Shown here: positions 38,200 through 51,300 of the stretch, piece after piece
Layout: every line of letters begins with the position of its first letter
Position numbering within the stretch: position 1 is the stretch's first letter
Assembly: GCF_030028105.1 (NCBI RefSeq)
Contig: NC_092384.1
Span: 17,057,629-17,121,628 of the forward strand
Source: Mobula birostris
Taxonomy: Eukaryota
DNA length: 64,000 nt
Direction: 5' to 3'
Made by a program: the position numbers and the translations under genes
Notes under the pieces: generated by a model
Seen by the model: the letters and a program-made list of their open reading frames with translations, nothing else
Told to the model about the DNA's origin: nothing
Databases searched by the model: none

Positions 38200-41100
38200 A
38201 AGAAAATTGCTGGCCGAGGTTTTGGCTGCGAGATGTTGATGATGAAGTCATAGAAGGATTGTTCACAGAGGCTCTGTATGTAGAAGTTAGGGACAGGAAA
38301 GGATCAGTATCTCTACTGGGTGTTTTTTATAGAACACCCAATAGAAAGAGGGACATCGAGGAGCAGATAACGAGACAGATTCTGCAAAGGTTTAAAATAA
38401 CAGGGCTGTTGTGGTGGGACATTTTAATTTCCCAAATATCTATCGGTATCTCCCTAGCGCAAGAGATATAGATTAGGTGGAGTTTGTTATGTGTGTTCAG
38501 GAAAGTTTCTTGACACAATATACAGGTAAGCCTACAGGAGGAGAGGCTGCACTTGATCTGGTATTGGCAAATGAAGCCGGTCAGGTGTCAGATATCTCAG
38601 TAGGAGAGTATTTTGGAGATTGTGATCACACTTTATACTCCTTTACTATAGCATTGGAGAGAGATAGGAACAGACAGGTTAGGAAAGCGTTTTAATGAAC
38701 TAAGGGGAAATATGAGGCTATCAGGCAGGAATTTGGAGGCATAAATTGGGAACAGAATTTCTTAGAGAAATGTACAGCCGAAATGTGGCAAATGTTCGGT
38801 AAATATTTGCGTGGAGTGCTGCATAGGTACGTTACAATGACATAGAAATATAGAAAGATAGAAAACAGGTGCAGAAATAGGCCATTCGGCCCTTCGAGCC
38901 TGGACCGCCATTAGGCATGATCATGGCTGATCATCCAACTCAGAACCCTGTACCTGCATTCTCTCCATACCCCCTGATCCCTTTAGTCATAAGGGCTATA
39001 TCTAACTCCCTCTTAAATATAGCCAACGAACTGGCCTCAGCTGTTTCCTGTGGCAGAGAATCCCACCGGTTCACCACTCTCTGTGTAAAGAAGTTCTTCC
39101 TCATCTCGGTCCTAAAAGGCTTCCCCTTTATCCTCAAGCTGTGACCCCTGGTTGTGGACTTCCCGAACATCGGGAACAATCTTCCTGCATCTAGCCTGTC
39201 CAATCCCTTTGGAATTTTATACGTTTCAATAAGACCACCCCTCAATCTTCTAAATTCCAACGACTATAGGCCTAGTCGATCGAGTCTTTCATCATATGAA
39301 AGTCCTGCCATTCCAGGAATCAATCTGGCGAACCTTATTTGTACTCCCTTTATGGTAAGAATGTCTTTCCTCAGATTAGGGGACCAAAACTGCACACAAT
39401 ACTCCAGGTGTGGTCTCACCAAGGCCTTGTACAACTGCAGTAGTACCTCCCTGCTCCTGTACTGGAATCCTCTTCCTATGAATGCCAGCATACCATTCGC
39501 CTTTTTCACCGCCTGCTGTACTTGCATGCCCACTTTCAATGACTGGTGTATAATGACACCCAGGTCTCGTTGTACCTCCCCTTTTCCTAATCGGCCACCA
39601 TTCAGATAATAATCTGTTTTCCTGTTTTTGCCACCAAAGTGCATAACCTCACATTTATCCACATTAAATTGCATTTGCCATGAATTTGCCCACTCACTTA
39701 ACCTATCCAAGTCATCCTGCATCTTCTTAGCATCCTCCTCACAGCTAACACTGCCGCCCAGCTTCGTGTCATCCGCAAACTTGGAGATGCTGCATTTAAT
39801 TCCTTCGTCTAAGTCATTAATATATATTGGAAACAACTGGGGTTCCAGCACTGAGCCTTCTGGTACCCCACTATTCACTGTCTGCCATTCTGAAAAGGTC
39901 CCGTTTATTCCCACTCTTTGCTTCCTGTCTGCCAACCAATTCTCCATCCACATCAATACCTTACCCCCAATACCGTGTGCTTTAAGTTTGCACACTGACT
40001 AGGGAAATGATATATGGAAAAGATGGCAGGGTACAGGAACTGTCGTATACAAAAGCTGTTGTAAATCTCGTCAAGAAGAAAAGAAAAGCTTACGAAATGT
40101 TCTAAAAACTAAGTAATGATAGAGATCTAGAAGTATATAAGGCGAGCAGGAAGATGGTTCAGAATGAAATTAGGAGAACCAAAAAGGGCCATGAGAAGCC
40201 CTTGGCGGACAGGTTTAAAAAACTCCAAGGCATTCTACAAGTATCTGAAGAGCAAGATGATAATATGCGAGAGAATAGGACCAAACAAGTGTGACAGTGG
40301 AAAAGTGTGTACAGAACCGGTGGAGAGCAGAGGTACTTAATGAATACTTTGCTTCAGTATTCAGAGCGGGAAAAAGAATGTTGGCAATTGTAGGGATGAC
40401 TTACAGCAAACTGAAAAAGCTTGAGCATGTGGATATTAAGAAAGATGATGTGCAGGGGCTTTTGGATAAAGTTGGATAAGTCTCTGGGACCGGTTGAGAT
40501 GTACCCCAGGCTACAGTGGGAGGCGAGGGAGGAGATTGCTGAGCCTCTGTCGATGATGATGCAAAGGCCAATGGGGATAAGAGAGGTTCTGGAGGATTAG
40601 AGGTTTGCGGATGTTGTTCCGTGATTCAAGAAAGGATGTAGAAGTAGCCCAGGAAATTGAAGACTTGTGAGGTTTATTTCAATGGTTGGTACCTTGATGA
40701 AGAAGATCCTGAGAGGCCGAATTTTTGCACATTTGGAGAGGCATATAATATGATTAAGAATAGTCAGCATGGATCTGTCAAAGGCAGGTCGTCCCTTGCC
40801 AGCCTGATTGAAATTTTTGAGGATGTCTCTAAACTTATCCATGAAGGTAGAGTAGTAGATGTAGTATATATAAATTTCAGCAAGGTAATTGAGAAGCTAC
40901 CCCATGCAAGGCTTATTGAGAAAGGAAGGTCTCAAGGGATCCAAGGGGATATTGCTTTGTGAGTCGAGAAGTGGCTTGCTCACATAAGGCAAAAGGTGGT
41001 TGTAGACGGGTCATATTTTGCATGGAGGTCGGTGACCAGACGTGTGCCTCAGGGATCTGTTCTGGGACCCATACTCTTCGTTATTTTTGTAAATGACCTG

Positions 41101-41985
41101 GATGAGGAAGTGGAGTGATGTGTTGGCAAATATACTGATTACATAAAGGTTGGGAGTGTTCTGAATAGTGTGGAGAGCTGTCAGGGGTTACAGACGGACA
41201 TTGATAGGATGGAAAACTGGACTGAGAAGTGGCAGATGGAGATCAACCCAGGGAAGTGTGAGGTGGTTGATTCTGGTAAGGCAAATGTGCTGGCAGAATA
41301 TAGTATTAATGGTAAGACTCTTGGCAGTGTGGAGGATCAGAGGGATCTTCGGGTCCGAGTCCATAGGACACTCAAAGCTGCTGCGCAGGTCGAATCTGTG
41401 GTGAAGAAAGCATACGGTGTATTGGCATTCATCAATCGTGGGGTTGAATTTAGGAGCCGAGAGATAATGTTGCAGCTATATAGGACCCTGGTCAGACTCC
41501 ACATGGAGTACTGTGCTCAGTTCTGGTTACGTCACTACAGGAAGGATGTAGAAACCATAGAAAGGGTGCAGAGGAGATTTATAAGGATGTTGCCTGGCTT
41601 AGGGAGCATGCCTGATGAGAATAGGTTGAGTGAACTCGGCCTTTTATCCTTGGAGCGACGGATGACAGGTGACCTGATAGAGGAGTATAAAAGGATGATA
41701 AGCATTCTTCGTGTGGATAGTCAGTGGCGTTTACCCAGGGCTGAAATTGCTATCACGAGAGGACACAGTTTTAAGGTGCTTGGAAGTAGGTACTGAGGAG
41801 ATGTCAGGGGTAAGTTTATTTTACGCAGAGAATGGTCAGTGCGTGCAATCGGCTGCCGATGGTGGTGGTGGAGGTGGATACGGTAAGTTCTTTTAAGAGA
41901 CTCTTGAGTACAAGGAGCTTAGAAAAAGAGAGCGCTATGGGTAACCATAGGTAATTTCTAAATTAAGGACTTGTTCGGCACAGTA
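38200..41985 (+). mobile_element. CR1 LINE (APE to 3' end) inserted in the hAT fossil
   Basis: LLGVFYRTPN, GDCDH, RTLVRLHMEYCAQFW ORFs. Confidence 0.88.
38840..39998 (-). mobile_element. Younger CR1 nested in the CR1 at 38200-41985
   Basis: ORF 39264-39995 (SGVPEGSVL..FADDTKLGG..RPHLEYCVQFW). Confidence 0.9.
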
Positions 41986-42448
41986 TTATGGTCTGTATTT
42001 TGCGGCAGGTTTTGTTTGTTTCTATGTTTCTAATTACACAATGAATTACAGACAGACGTAATTTAGTTTTCATAAATGTCACTAAACTAGCATGGCGACC
42101 TGTCCTATATCGTGTTCCATCTTTTGTAAAAGAAATCATGTTCCTAATCGGAATACATTTATCATCAATATACATTTTTACTCGTCATAGATTATCCTCT
42201 GTTGATATTTTTTTTCTAACTTCTTACATAAGAAAAGCTGTGTATAATCTTTTCCATTTTTGAGAAACTATGCATATGCCATTCGCAACGCCTTGCTGTC
42301 TCTCACAGTTGTCTCATCCATTTGTATCGCAAATTCTGTTATTTGCAGCTCATTCAGTAGTTCATAATCAATGTCTTCAGTCATTTCATCAACACGACAT
42401 GCTATAGAATTATTACTCAGATGAATTGTTTGAAAAATACTGGCGTCC

Positions 42449-43914
42449 GGTCATGGTCCTGAAGTCCGCGGTCCGGTTCATGGTCCACTCCGTGGACTCC
42501 GGACTCCGGGTCTTCCGGCTGTCCCTTGTTTCATTTGGGTTTAATCATAGGCACCTGATGCTCGTATTGGGGTTGGGAATATAAGAGGCCCTGGGTTCGA
42601 GTGTGGTGCTGGGTTCGTCTCGTCAGTATCCCGTCCTCGCCTCTGTGGGGTAAGTTAGGCCGATTTTGCTGTTACCCTGCTGTTGGATCTGTCCCTTCCT
42701 GTCCTTGCCTCAGTTGGGTAAGCCAAGCCGTCTTTGCCGTTATCCTGAGGCTGGACTGTTCCTTTCTCTTCCCCTTCCTTCTGAAGCCTTGCCTTCAACC
42801 TGTGTCTGAAGCCTTTGCCTGCAACCTGTGTCTGGAGCCTTTGCCTGCAACCTGTGTCTGGAGCTTTACCCTGCAACCTGTGTCTGTAGACTTGCCCTGC
42901 ACCCTGTGCCTGGAGCCTTGCCCGCACCCTGTGCCTGGATCCTTGCCCGCAACGTGTGTCTAGAGCCTTGCCCGCAACGTGTGTTGAGAGCCTTGTCCGT
43001 AACCTCTGCCTGAAGCCTTGGCTGCAACCTCGTCTGCGTCCACGCCTTCGTTAGGTAAGTCCGGCCGTTTGCCGCTACCTAGGGTTGGGAACCGTCTCGT
43101 CGTGTTCAGTATTCTGTGTAGAGCCCTGGCCCCAAGTCTGGTTCTCAGGGAGGGTTCCTGGCTCTGTGTTCCATGTCGCTGTGTTCCTGTCTCTCAAGTT
43201 CAAGGCTTCGTGTTTCCATGCTCTAGACCAAAGCTCTGTTTTCTGTCCTCCCCAAGACCAAGGCTCTGTGTTCTGCGTTCCTGTCGTCCCGAGTCCAAGG
43301 TTCCGAGGTTCCTGTCGACCCAAGTCCAAAGCTCGTCTGTTCCTGAGTACCAAATCAAGGCTTCTTGTTCTGGTCCTGTCCATTTGCTTTGTCCTGTGCT
43401 GGAGTTCCTTCGTCCTGCCCAGGAGTCTCTCATTCTGTCCTGCAGCCTCGCCAAGTCCTGTCTCCCAAGACCACGTCATGTATTTGCCTAGTTCCGGTGT
43501 CTGACCCGAGTCAAGTCCCAGGTTCTGGGCCCTTGTCCAGTCTCGGACTTGAAGTCCGAACACTTGACTCGTCATGTCCTCGCCTCGAAGAGCCCAAGCC
43601 TCGTCAAGACCTCGCCTCGAAGAACCCAAGCCATGTCCAGTCCTGTAGACACGTCATGTCCTCGCCTACTTCCGGGGTCCGAGCCTGAGTGAAGACGCAG
43701 GTTCTGGGTCCTTGTCGAGTCTCCGGCTCGGAGTCCAAAACCTGGCTCCCAATTCCCAGTTCCTGGTCCTGGTCCTGCTTGCCTAGCCAATGTCCTAGCC
43801 CAAGTCTGTGTTCTTGTCCCAGCTCGCTAGTCAAGTCCTGTTCCTAGTACTTCAGTGTCTGTGTCTTGCATTTGGGTCCGCTCCCAGCGTCTCCCGCCCC
43901 CCCCCCATATGACC
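42449..43914 (+). mobile_element. Solo LTR, same family as 20789-22304, with expanded ~25-bp tandem array
   Basis: Shared 5' part (gtcatggtcc..ggactccgggtctt) and 3' end (gtgtcttgcatttgg..atgac); about 10 units of gagccttgccygcaacctgtgtct at 42783-43035. Confidence 0.85.
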
Positions 43915-45499
43915 TATCCGTTTTGAGAACATTGACGAACACATGACACAGGTGGCATTATTAATCCTTCACGAATTGTCTGAGACTTTCCATGTTTTTC
44001 TATCGTTTTGGAAATGTTATCACAGGGAATGAGACCTCTATTAAGGTCATTTTTCGCTTCTTGGTAAGTGACTCAAGTGTGCAATGCTTTTCAGATGCTT
44101 CTTTCATCCTCTGGAATCAAGTAATACCACACGTAGCCTCTTCAGAGGGTTTCCTTTACGGTTTCTCTACAATCTCGATGGTGTCATGGTTTCATTAGGA
44201 TCAGAGGTCAGGACTCACCCTCTCCAAACTCAGTATTTATCCGTCACTAATGAGGCTAAATTAAATTAAATAATTACTCAAAGTGCGAATGCCTATCCTA
44301 TGATGGCGACGGCAGCGAGTTGACACGGATGGAACGATGGTAGCAGCACGCAAATGAAAAGTGAGTGGAAGATGAAGATCACAACAGCGAAAATTACGTT
44401 TGCAAGGATTCCGAATGGAATGTTAATGTTAGTCGGGATAGAGCCGGTGTTCGGCAGGCGACCTTTATACTATACCAGCTAGACGACAGACCGATCACGT
44501 AGGGACTCACAGACCCCAAAGATGGTTGTTGACCGCGCATATGCCGGTGAGGTCGTTTCAAAGATTTCAAGAGGAATCCTCGTGGTTGCCAGGTGCTCTG
44601 ATGCAGTCTATTTCACTATTTGGTTCCGGCCAGCGCTGTATCGTTGTGCGACCTGTTTCCCGTAGATATCTAGAGAACTTTTTTTGGGGGGGGGGGGGTT
44701 GCAATTGTTAAATTGCATGAATTCACTCCTTGCCGCGAGACAAATGGAACTGTTGGGGATCCTGGTTGCTAATTTATGCATCCGCAGTAATGCCTGTTTG
44801 ATTGGTAAGGTCGGATGAGATTGCCGAGTTTCAGACGCGTTGTGATGACGAAAGCTCACCACCTGCAGAGCGATTGTTCTTCGTGTGTTCCAGTGCCTCA
44901 TCCTTTTATTGGGAAATATCTGCTTTATCGGTCGGTTCTAGTGGCAGTGCCAGAGATGTTTTCTTGCTGGTGATACAGTGGGGCTGAATTAATCAGTGAT
45001 GGTGCTGAGGGATGTACTGTATGGTAATATGCATTCGCAAAGCCAGGCGCGTGGCATTCAAAAGTCAGTTTCAAACATTATGTGCCTACTATAAATGCCT
45101 CTGTTGGTTCACAAGCAACAGCAATTGGTAGATCTAATATAGAATTAAACTGTGACAGTCTCAGCAGCATTGGAGACCACCCGGGCTACACAGAGCATAA
45201 ACAAACAAACCAACAGAGCATCCGAACAACAGCAGACAATGTGAATCACGCACCAATCCCGCAATCAGCGTCAAAGGCGTGCTTTTCAACTGAGAAACAG
45301 AACACTAACCCACAATGTCCACTGCTATTCGCATTAGATAGACAGATAATGCGAAAAGATACACGTTATTAAAGTCAAATAAGGCAAACAACAAATGCAA
45401 GGCTTTACCAAGAGTTGCATAAATCGTACTCAGACCATGCAACACCTCAATTAATTCGGCTACTGAATTTAAAACAAAAATCAACAGAATCAGCGCTTG

Positions 45500-47115
45500 G
45501 AAATCTAAGCAAAAATTAAACAAATTTAATAGCAGTAAATGTAATATTTTTGGATTTGCAGGAGACATAGGGACTTTGGGGTATCCACCATAAAATAATA
45601 ATAATACTCAACATTTGTTTTGGCCCATTTTTTAAAAAAAGCACTGCATTCATTATTGATGTTTTAAGAGAAGCACAGTCCGTCTGTTGTTGTGACTGGT
45701 GGCGAAAACACCAATGTATTTCTGGATGCCAAGTGCTTTGGTCTTCCAGCTGTTTATGGCCAACAGGGCCAAGCTGCTGTTCCGAGCATCGCCGCTGCTG
45801 TTCCTTAGGTAGTTTATCAGGCGTCTGAGGCAAGAGAAACTCCGTTTGCATGAGGCAGATGTCACAGGTAGAGTCAGTGATATGCAGATTAGTTTGCATA
45901 AATCAATAAAAGCTTCGCGGTAGAGTCTCATTAGAGCTAGAAATTCCACTGTGTTATTCACTGTCTGTCCTTGCTTTTGTTTTGTTTCCAGCAGGCGCCG
46001 AACCTGATGTAGCTCTGCAGTCAGGTTCAGTTCAGTCACTCCATAGTATTGGGCCATTGACCAAAGACAATTCTTGTCTCGGAAGAACTTGGATTTGGGA
46101 CTCAATGCTGAGACTCCAGTCAGAACACCCCGAGTCTCAATTAAGACCGTCTTTTCATTTCAGTCTGAAGTCTGTCTATAACCGGATAGAAACAATGCTT
46201 GCAAAGGTCATCAGAGGATGTGACAGGTGTGTGTTCAGTTTAGGCCTGAACAACAAAATCATGTAGGCGGCGTAGTGGCTGGGCCTGTCTCCTTTCTTGT
46301 GGTCTGGTTTGTATACCGGCCTTGACGCACAGGTCCCGAGCTCCTGCCTGAATTTCACTCCATGATTCCTCTCCCCGTTTTGCTGAGAATGCTTCGATAA
46401 TAGACTGAGCCAAGTCCACAGCGGATGAAAGCTCCAAACTGGGAGATTGTAGCTGGTCTGACTTGATAACTCAGAATAAATTCTCAAACAGAGTGAAAAG
46501 GAAACTGCTCGTCAATCAGTCCATTTACAGCTCTGGCCTCCGTTTTTCTCCGAGCATTTTGCTGACCCATAATATCCTGCGGTGTAGCTAGAATGGCAGG
46601 GAGTGATTTCCTTATAGCCTACAAAACTGTATACTGCCATGCCCAGCGTGTATCTGACAATTTCTTCAACTCCACGGACTGTGCAGTTGATTCCAATTCT
46701 CTCTGCGTCTTCATGAAAAGATCGTGGGCATCAGAGTTTGAATATATGTTCTAAGCAGCTGCAAAGTTTCAAAAAACTCAGCCGCCCGCTTCTTGTACAT
46801 TGATCACAACATTCACTAAAACAAGGTTAAGTCTGTGAGCATGGCAGTGTGTATATAATGCCTGCGGGACCTCTTTCCTGAACCACTCTTGTAACCCGTT
46901 ATTGCTTCATCCACGTTCTCGTCCAAATCCCGCTCCATTTCTTGTTTCTCTACTTCGCCCTCACACTCCTTCGATGAACTGCTGTCGTCCTCATCCCCAC
47001 TTACTACTTTCTGCATGACACTTTCAATTACGACAGGCTCAGGCTGAGACACCATTGATTCCTCTGGATGAGGTCGTTTCTCAGTAAAACTCGATCCATT
47101 TTTTACGCCGGCCAA
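45500..47115 (-). mobile_element. hAT transposase fossil (ZMYM1-like, C-terminal dimerisation domain)
   Basis: LTLPVTSASCKRSFSCLRRLINYLRNS..LALLAIN (45653-46105); upstream fragments at 46240-46437 and 46816-47115. Confidence 0.85.
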
Positions 47116-47160
47116 AATAATGCACCTGTCAGGTCCATGCTAGCTTGTAAAAGCACAACG

Positions 47161-47161
<1 letters not shown>

Positions 47162-47200
<39 letters not shown>
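47162..47200. repeat. (TG)n microsatellite
   Basis: About 19 uninterrupted TG units. Confidence 0.95.
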
Positions 47201-47203
<3 letters not shown>

Positions 47204-48099
47204 GGAATCCGTTAGTCTCGCGAGTTCAATGTTTTGAGTTCGAGTTTTGGGACTTAGAGTTCAGAGGGAAAATGCGCAATATATAAATGTGAAAGTGAGG
47301 TATGCGTCAGGCGATGGGTGGAATCAAACTCGTGCGATGGAATGGTGGAATGTTTGTAAGCGTAGCGAGAAAAGTTTGATCCAATTTGCTCATTGCAAAG
47401 TCCTTCAAAACATGTGATTAAGGTCGAGACTAACATGTATTATTAGGATGGATTGAAGGATAGATATAGGACAGTTAATGGTTGCCATTGTTGTCATCCA
47501 AGAAGAAGATACCGCGGGATCGCAGCCGCTCCGTCGGTACTGCAAACCGACCTTGATTTAAGATGGTTAATGAACGCACTTTGCGTGTAAACGCACTTTC
47601 CCTGATTTGCCAGAACATTTTAACCGAGATTTAGCCCTCAAATCCTGAAATGAGAATTTCAGTTCTGTATGAACCAAAGCGATAAGCCAAGCTTCAAAAT
47701 CATGTCTGGTGTTTAGCAGATAGAACATTGTTCTCCAACAAATAGACCTCTGGATGTGGAAATTGTTTGTTAGTAGTGGGGTGTTTCTAAATAGCTTGCA
47801 GCAACTCCGAGCGATAGAATTTAGTAATATCGTCGTAACAGTGGAACAGTTAGAGATGGCGCCCTCTCCAGGCAGTGGCAATGACATAAAACACTTGATT
47901 GGGATGATGCAGAGGGATTTACAGGTTTATATTAATCTCTGTACTTTACAAATATTTTACAATGTTGAACCCGTTATCGTTTAAATCATTATCTTATTTA
48001 TTTACTTCCTTTATTTGACTATTCTGATCTATCACCAGATAAATAGAAAGCAGACGTGCTTTTACATCTTGATGAGAAAGCTCAGTTCATTATTTTTTG

Positions 48100-51000
48100 T
48101 CATATATAATTTTTATTCAGTTTTCAAACATGATTACATGAAATAACAACATCTACGCTCCCCCCTCCCCTTAACCCCTCTCCCCGATATACATCCCTAA
48201 CTAAAAGAAAGGAAAGAAAGAAAGAAAGATTGCCTGGATATTGGAAGGTCTCCACATGGTCCATGGGATTCAAACTAAATTTAATATATTTGTTTGTTAC
48301 TTTCCCCAAAGGACTAACATCTTTATCATCAGAGCACCTAAATATGTCAACCTATCTTTTGCAAATAAGGGCGCCAAATATTCAAAAATGTATCATAATT
48401 ATCTCTTAAATTATAATAATTTTTCAAGTGGATTACAGCTAAACATTTCATTATTGCAACGATCAATACTTGAATACGAATCCGATATCCAAGTAACTGC
48501 TATAGCCTTCTTGACTACTGCCAATGCAATTTTTATAAATTCTTTTTGGTATTTATTCAATTTAAGTTTCGGTTTTATCCCTTCAATGGTACCTAATAAA
48601 AAATAATATAGGGTTATGTGGAAGTTGAGTTCCAGTAATTTGTTCCAATAAAACTCTTAAATATATCCAAAAAGGTTGAATTTTGGAACAGGACCAAGTA
48701 GAATGTAAAAAAGTACCAATTTCTTGATTACACCGAAAACATTGATCAGATAAGCCTGAACTTAATCTAGTTCTTTTTTGCGGTGTAATATATAATTGGT
48801 GTAAAAATTATATTGTACTAATCTAAGTCGAACATTTATTGTATTTGTCGTACTGTCAAGACATAGTCTTGATCAATTTGTTTCGTCAATATTAATACCC
48901 AAATCTGTTTCCCATTTTTGTCTTGACTTGTGAATTCTTTGGTTAATTGTCTATTTTTGAATCAGATTATACATAAAAGAAATATTTTTTTAAATTTTTC
49001 CTTTTTAATTAAAATTTCTATTTCAGTTGGTTTCGAAAAAAAAAACATTGTTTGACCCAGTTTGTCGCTTAAATAAGCCCTTAATTGAAGGTAACAAAAT
49101 AAAGTGCTATTTGATATTTTATATTTATTCTTTAGTTGGTCAAATGATATCGATTTACTTCCTTCATAACAGTCTCCTATACATCTAATCCCTTTCTTAT
49201 ACCTATTATATAAAAGTTGATTATCCATTATGAAAGGAGTAAGTCTGGTTTGGATCAAAGGTCTCCTTGCTAATAAAGATTTCTTTATTTCATCATCAAC
49301 ATTTATCTTATTCCATAGACCAATCAAATTGTTTAATATAGGAGATTCTTTCCTTTCCTGTAGCCATTTAAATTCCCATTTATATATAAAATCTTCGGGT
49401 ATATTTTCTCCTATCTTATCTAATTCTATTCTAATCCATGCCGGTTTTCGTTCGTCGAAAAAAGATGCAATAAATCTAAATTGATTTGCTTTATAACAAT
49501 TCTTGAAGTTTGGAAGTTGTGACCCTCCTAACTCAAATTTCCATGTCAATTTTTCCAATGATATTCTTGACATCTTACCTTTCCAAAGAAATTTCCTCAC
49601 ACATTTATTTAACTCTTGAAAAAAATTCTTTGTATTTGAAATAAATACTGTAATCTAGGAAATATATTCATTTTTACAGCATTGACTCTACCTACTAATG
49701 TTATTGGTAATATCATCCATCCATTTGTCAAGATCTTCTTGAATTTTTTTTCGATACTGGTAAATAAGTTTATATAAATTCTTTATATCTTTATCAACTC
49801 TTACACCTAAAGACTTTATACCATTTATCGGCCATCTAAACTGGGTTGCTAATCGACATTGACTATAGTCCCCTTTAGTGAGAAGTAAGATTTTACTTTT
49901 ATCCCAGTTTATTTTATACCCTGATACTTTTCCATATTCTTCAATCTAGAAGATAGTTTACGTAACGAATACAGTGGGTTTGTTAAATAAAATAAAACAT
50001 CATCAGCAAATACGTTAATCTTATATTCCTCCTGAATAACTCCGAAACCCTTAATATTGAATCAATTCTAATTAGTTCTGCTAATGGTTCTGTCGCCAAT
50101 ACAAATAAAGCAGCTGATAAAGGGCAACCTTGTCTAGTTGACCTTTTTAACTGGAATGGTGTTGAAATTTGACTATTTGTCACTACTTTAGCGTTAGGAT
50201 TAGTGTTTAAGGTTTTAATCCAGTTTATAAAAGGTACTCCTAGCCCATAGTTTTCTAATACTTTAAATAAAAAATCCCATTCCAATCAAATCAAATGCTT
50301 TTTCTGCATCCAAGGCTACCACCATACTCATTTCCTCCCTCTTTTGTGCCAAATGAATTATACTAAGTAGCCGAGTTACATTATCTGCCAATTGTCTATT
50401 TTTAATAAATCCTGTTTGATCCATATGTATTAATTTTGGTAAATATTTAGAAAATTTACAAGATAAAGTATTTGCTATTATTTCATAATCCGTGTTCAAC
50501 GAAGAAATAAGCCTATATCATGCTGGTTTTAAAGGATCTCTATCTTTATTTGGCAATACTATTAACATTCTGGAAGATTCTGGAAGTTTATGTGTTTTTT
50601 TTCCGCTTGACGCATTAACTCCATAAAAGGAGAAATTAATAAATCTTTAAACTTTTTATAAAATTCAGGCGGAAAACCATCCTCTCCTTGAGATTTATTA
50701 TTTTGAAGTGATCCTAAAGCTTCTCCAACCTCTTTTAATGTAAAAAGCATATCTAATCCCTTTTGTTCTTCCGAATTCAATTTTGGAAGAGTTATTTGAG
50801 ATAAAAATCTTTCTATCTCATTAACATCATTTTGTGATTCCGATTAATATAATTCGGAGTAGAAACTTCGCAAGTTTCATTAATTTCTAAAGGTTTATAA
50901 GTAATTTTATTTGCACTTGTTCTAATTGCATTTATCGTTTTGGAAGCCTGTTGTGTTTTCAATTGTCAAGTAAAAATTTTGTGTGATCTCACACCTAACT

Positions 51001-51300
51001 CATAATACCTTTGCTTAGTTCTCATGATTGCTTTTTCTGTTCGGTATGTCTGAAGCGTATTATATTGTAACTTCGCATTGACACGTTGTTTTCGTTTTTC
51101 TTCTATCATATGTCTTTGAGATTCTTTTTCTAATTTTGTAATCACTTTTTCCAATTGATCTAGTTCTACCATATATATTCCTTCTTAATGTTAGACGTAT
51201 AGATTAGCTGACCCTTCAAATATGCTTTCTTCGCATCCCATAATACAAATTTATCATCAATTGAATAAGAGTTTGTATCGGAGTTCATCATTTTTGTACA
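48100..51300 (-). mobile_element. L1-clade LINE ORF2, 5'-truncated, frameshifted
   Basis: GEDGFPPEFYKKF, DQTGFIKNR..ALDAEKAFD, TRQGCPLSAALF fragments; 3' UTR near 48100. Confidence 0.92.

Larger units (their letters stand above)
37250..44200 (-). mobile_element. hAT (Charlie/SPIN, ZBED5/SCAND3-like) transposase fossil in three pieces
   Basis: 43915-44200 (N-terminal part, by position); 41985-42448 TIHLSNNSIACRVDEMTED..FAIQMDETT..DG..IHCVI; 37250-38195 NDEEF..HTELRSLSKG..LQGEN..FQNRFKEL. Confidence 0.8.

Noticed and set aside
44721-44987. Frame containing WLLIYAS and SSFYWEISALSV, reminiscent of a V domain
   Set aside because: No conserved Cys pair or YYC, wrong spacing, internal stop.
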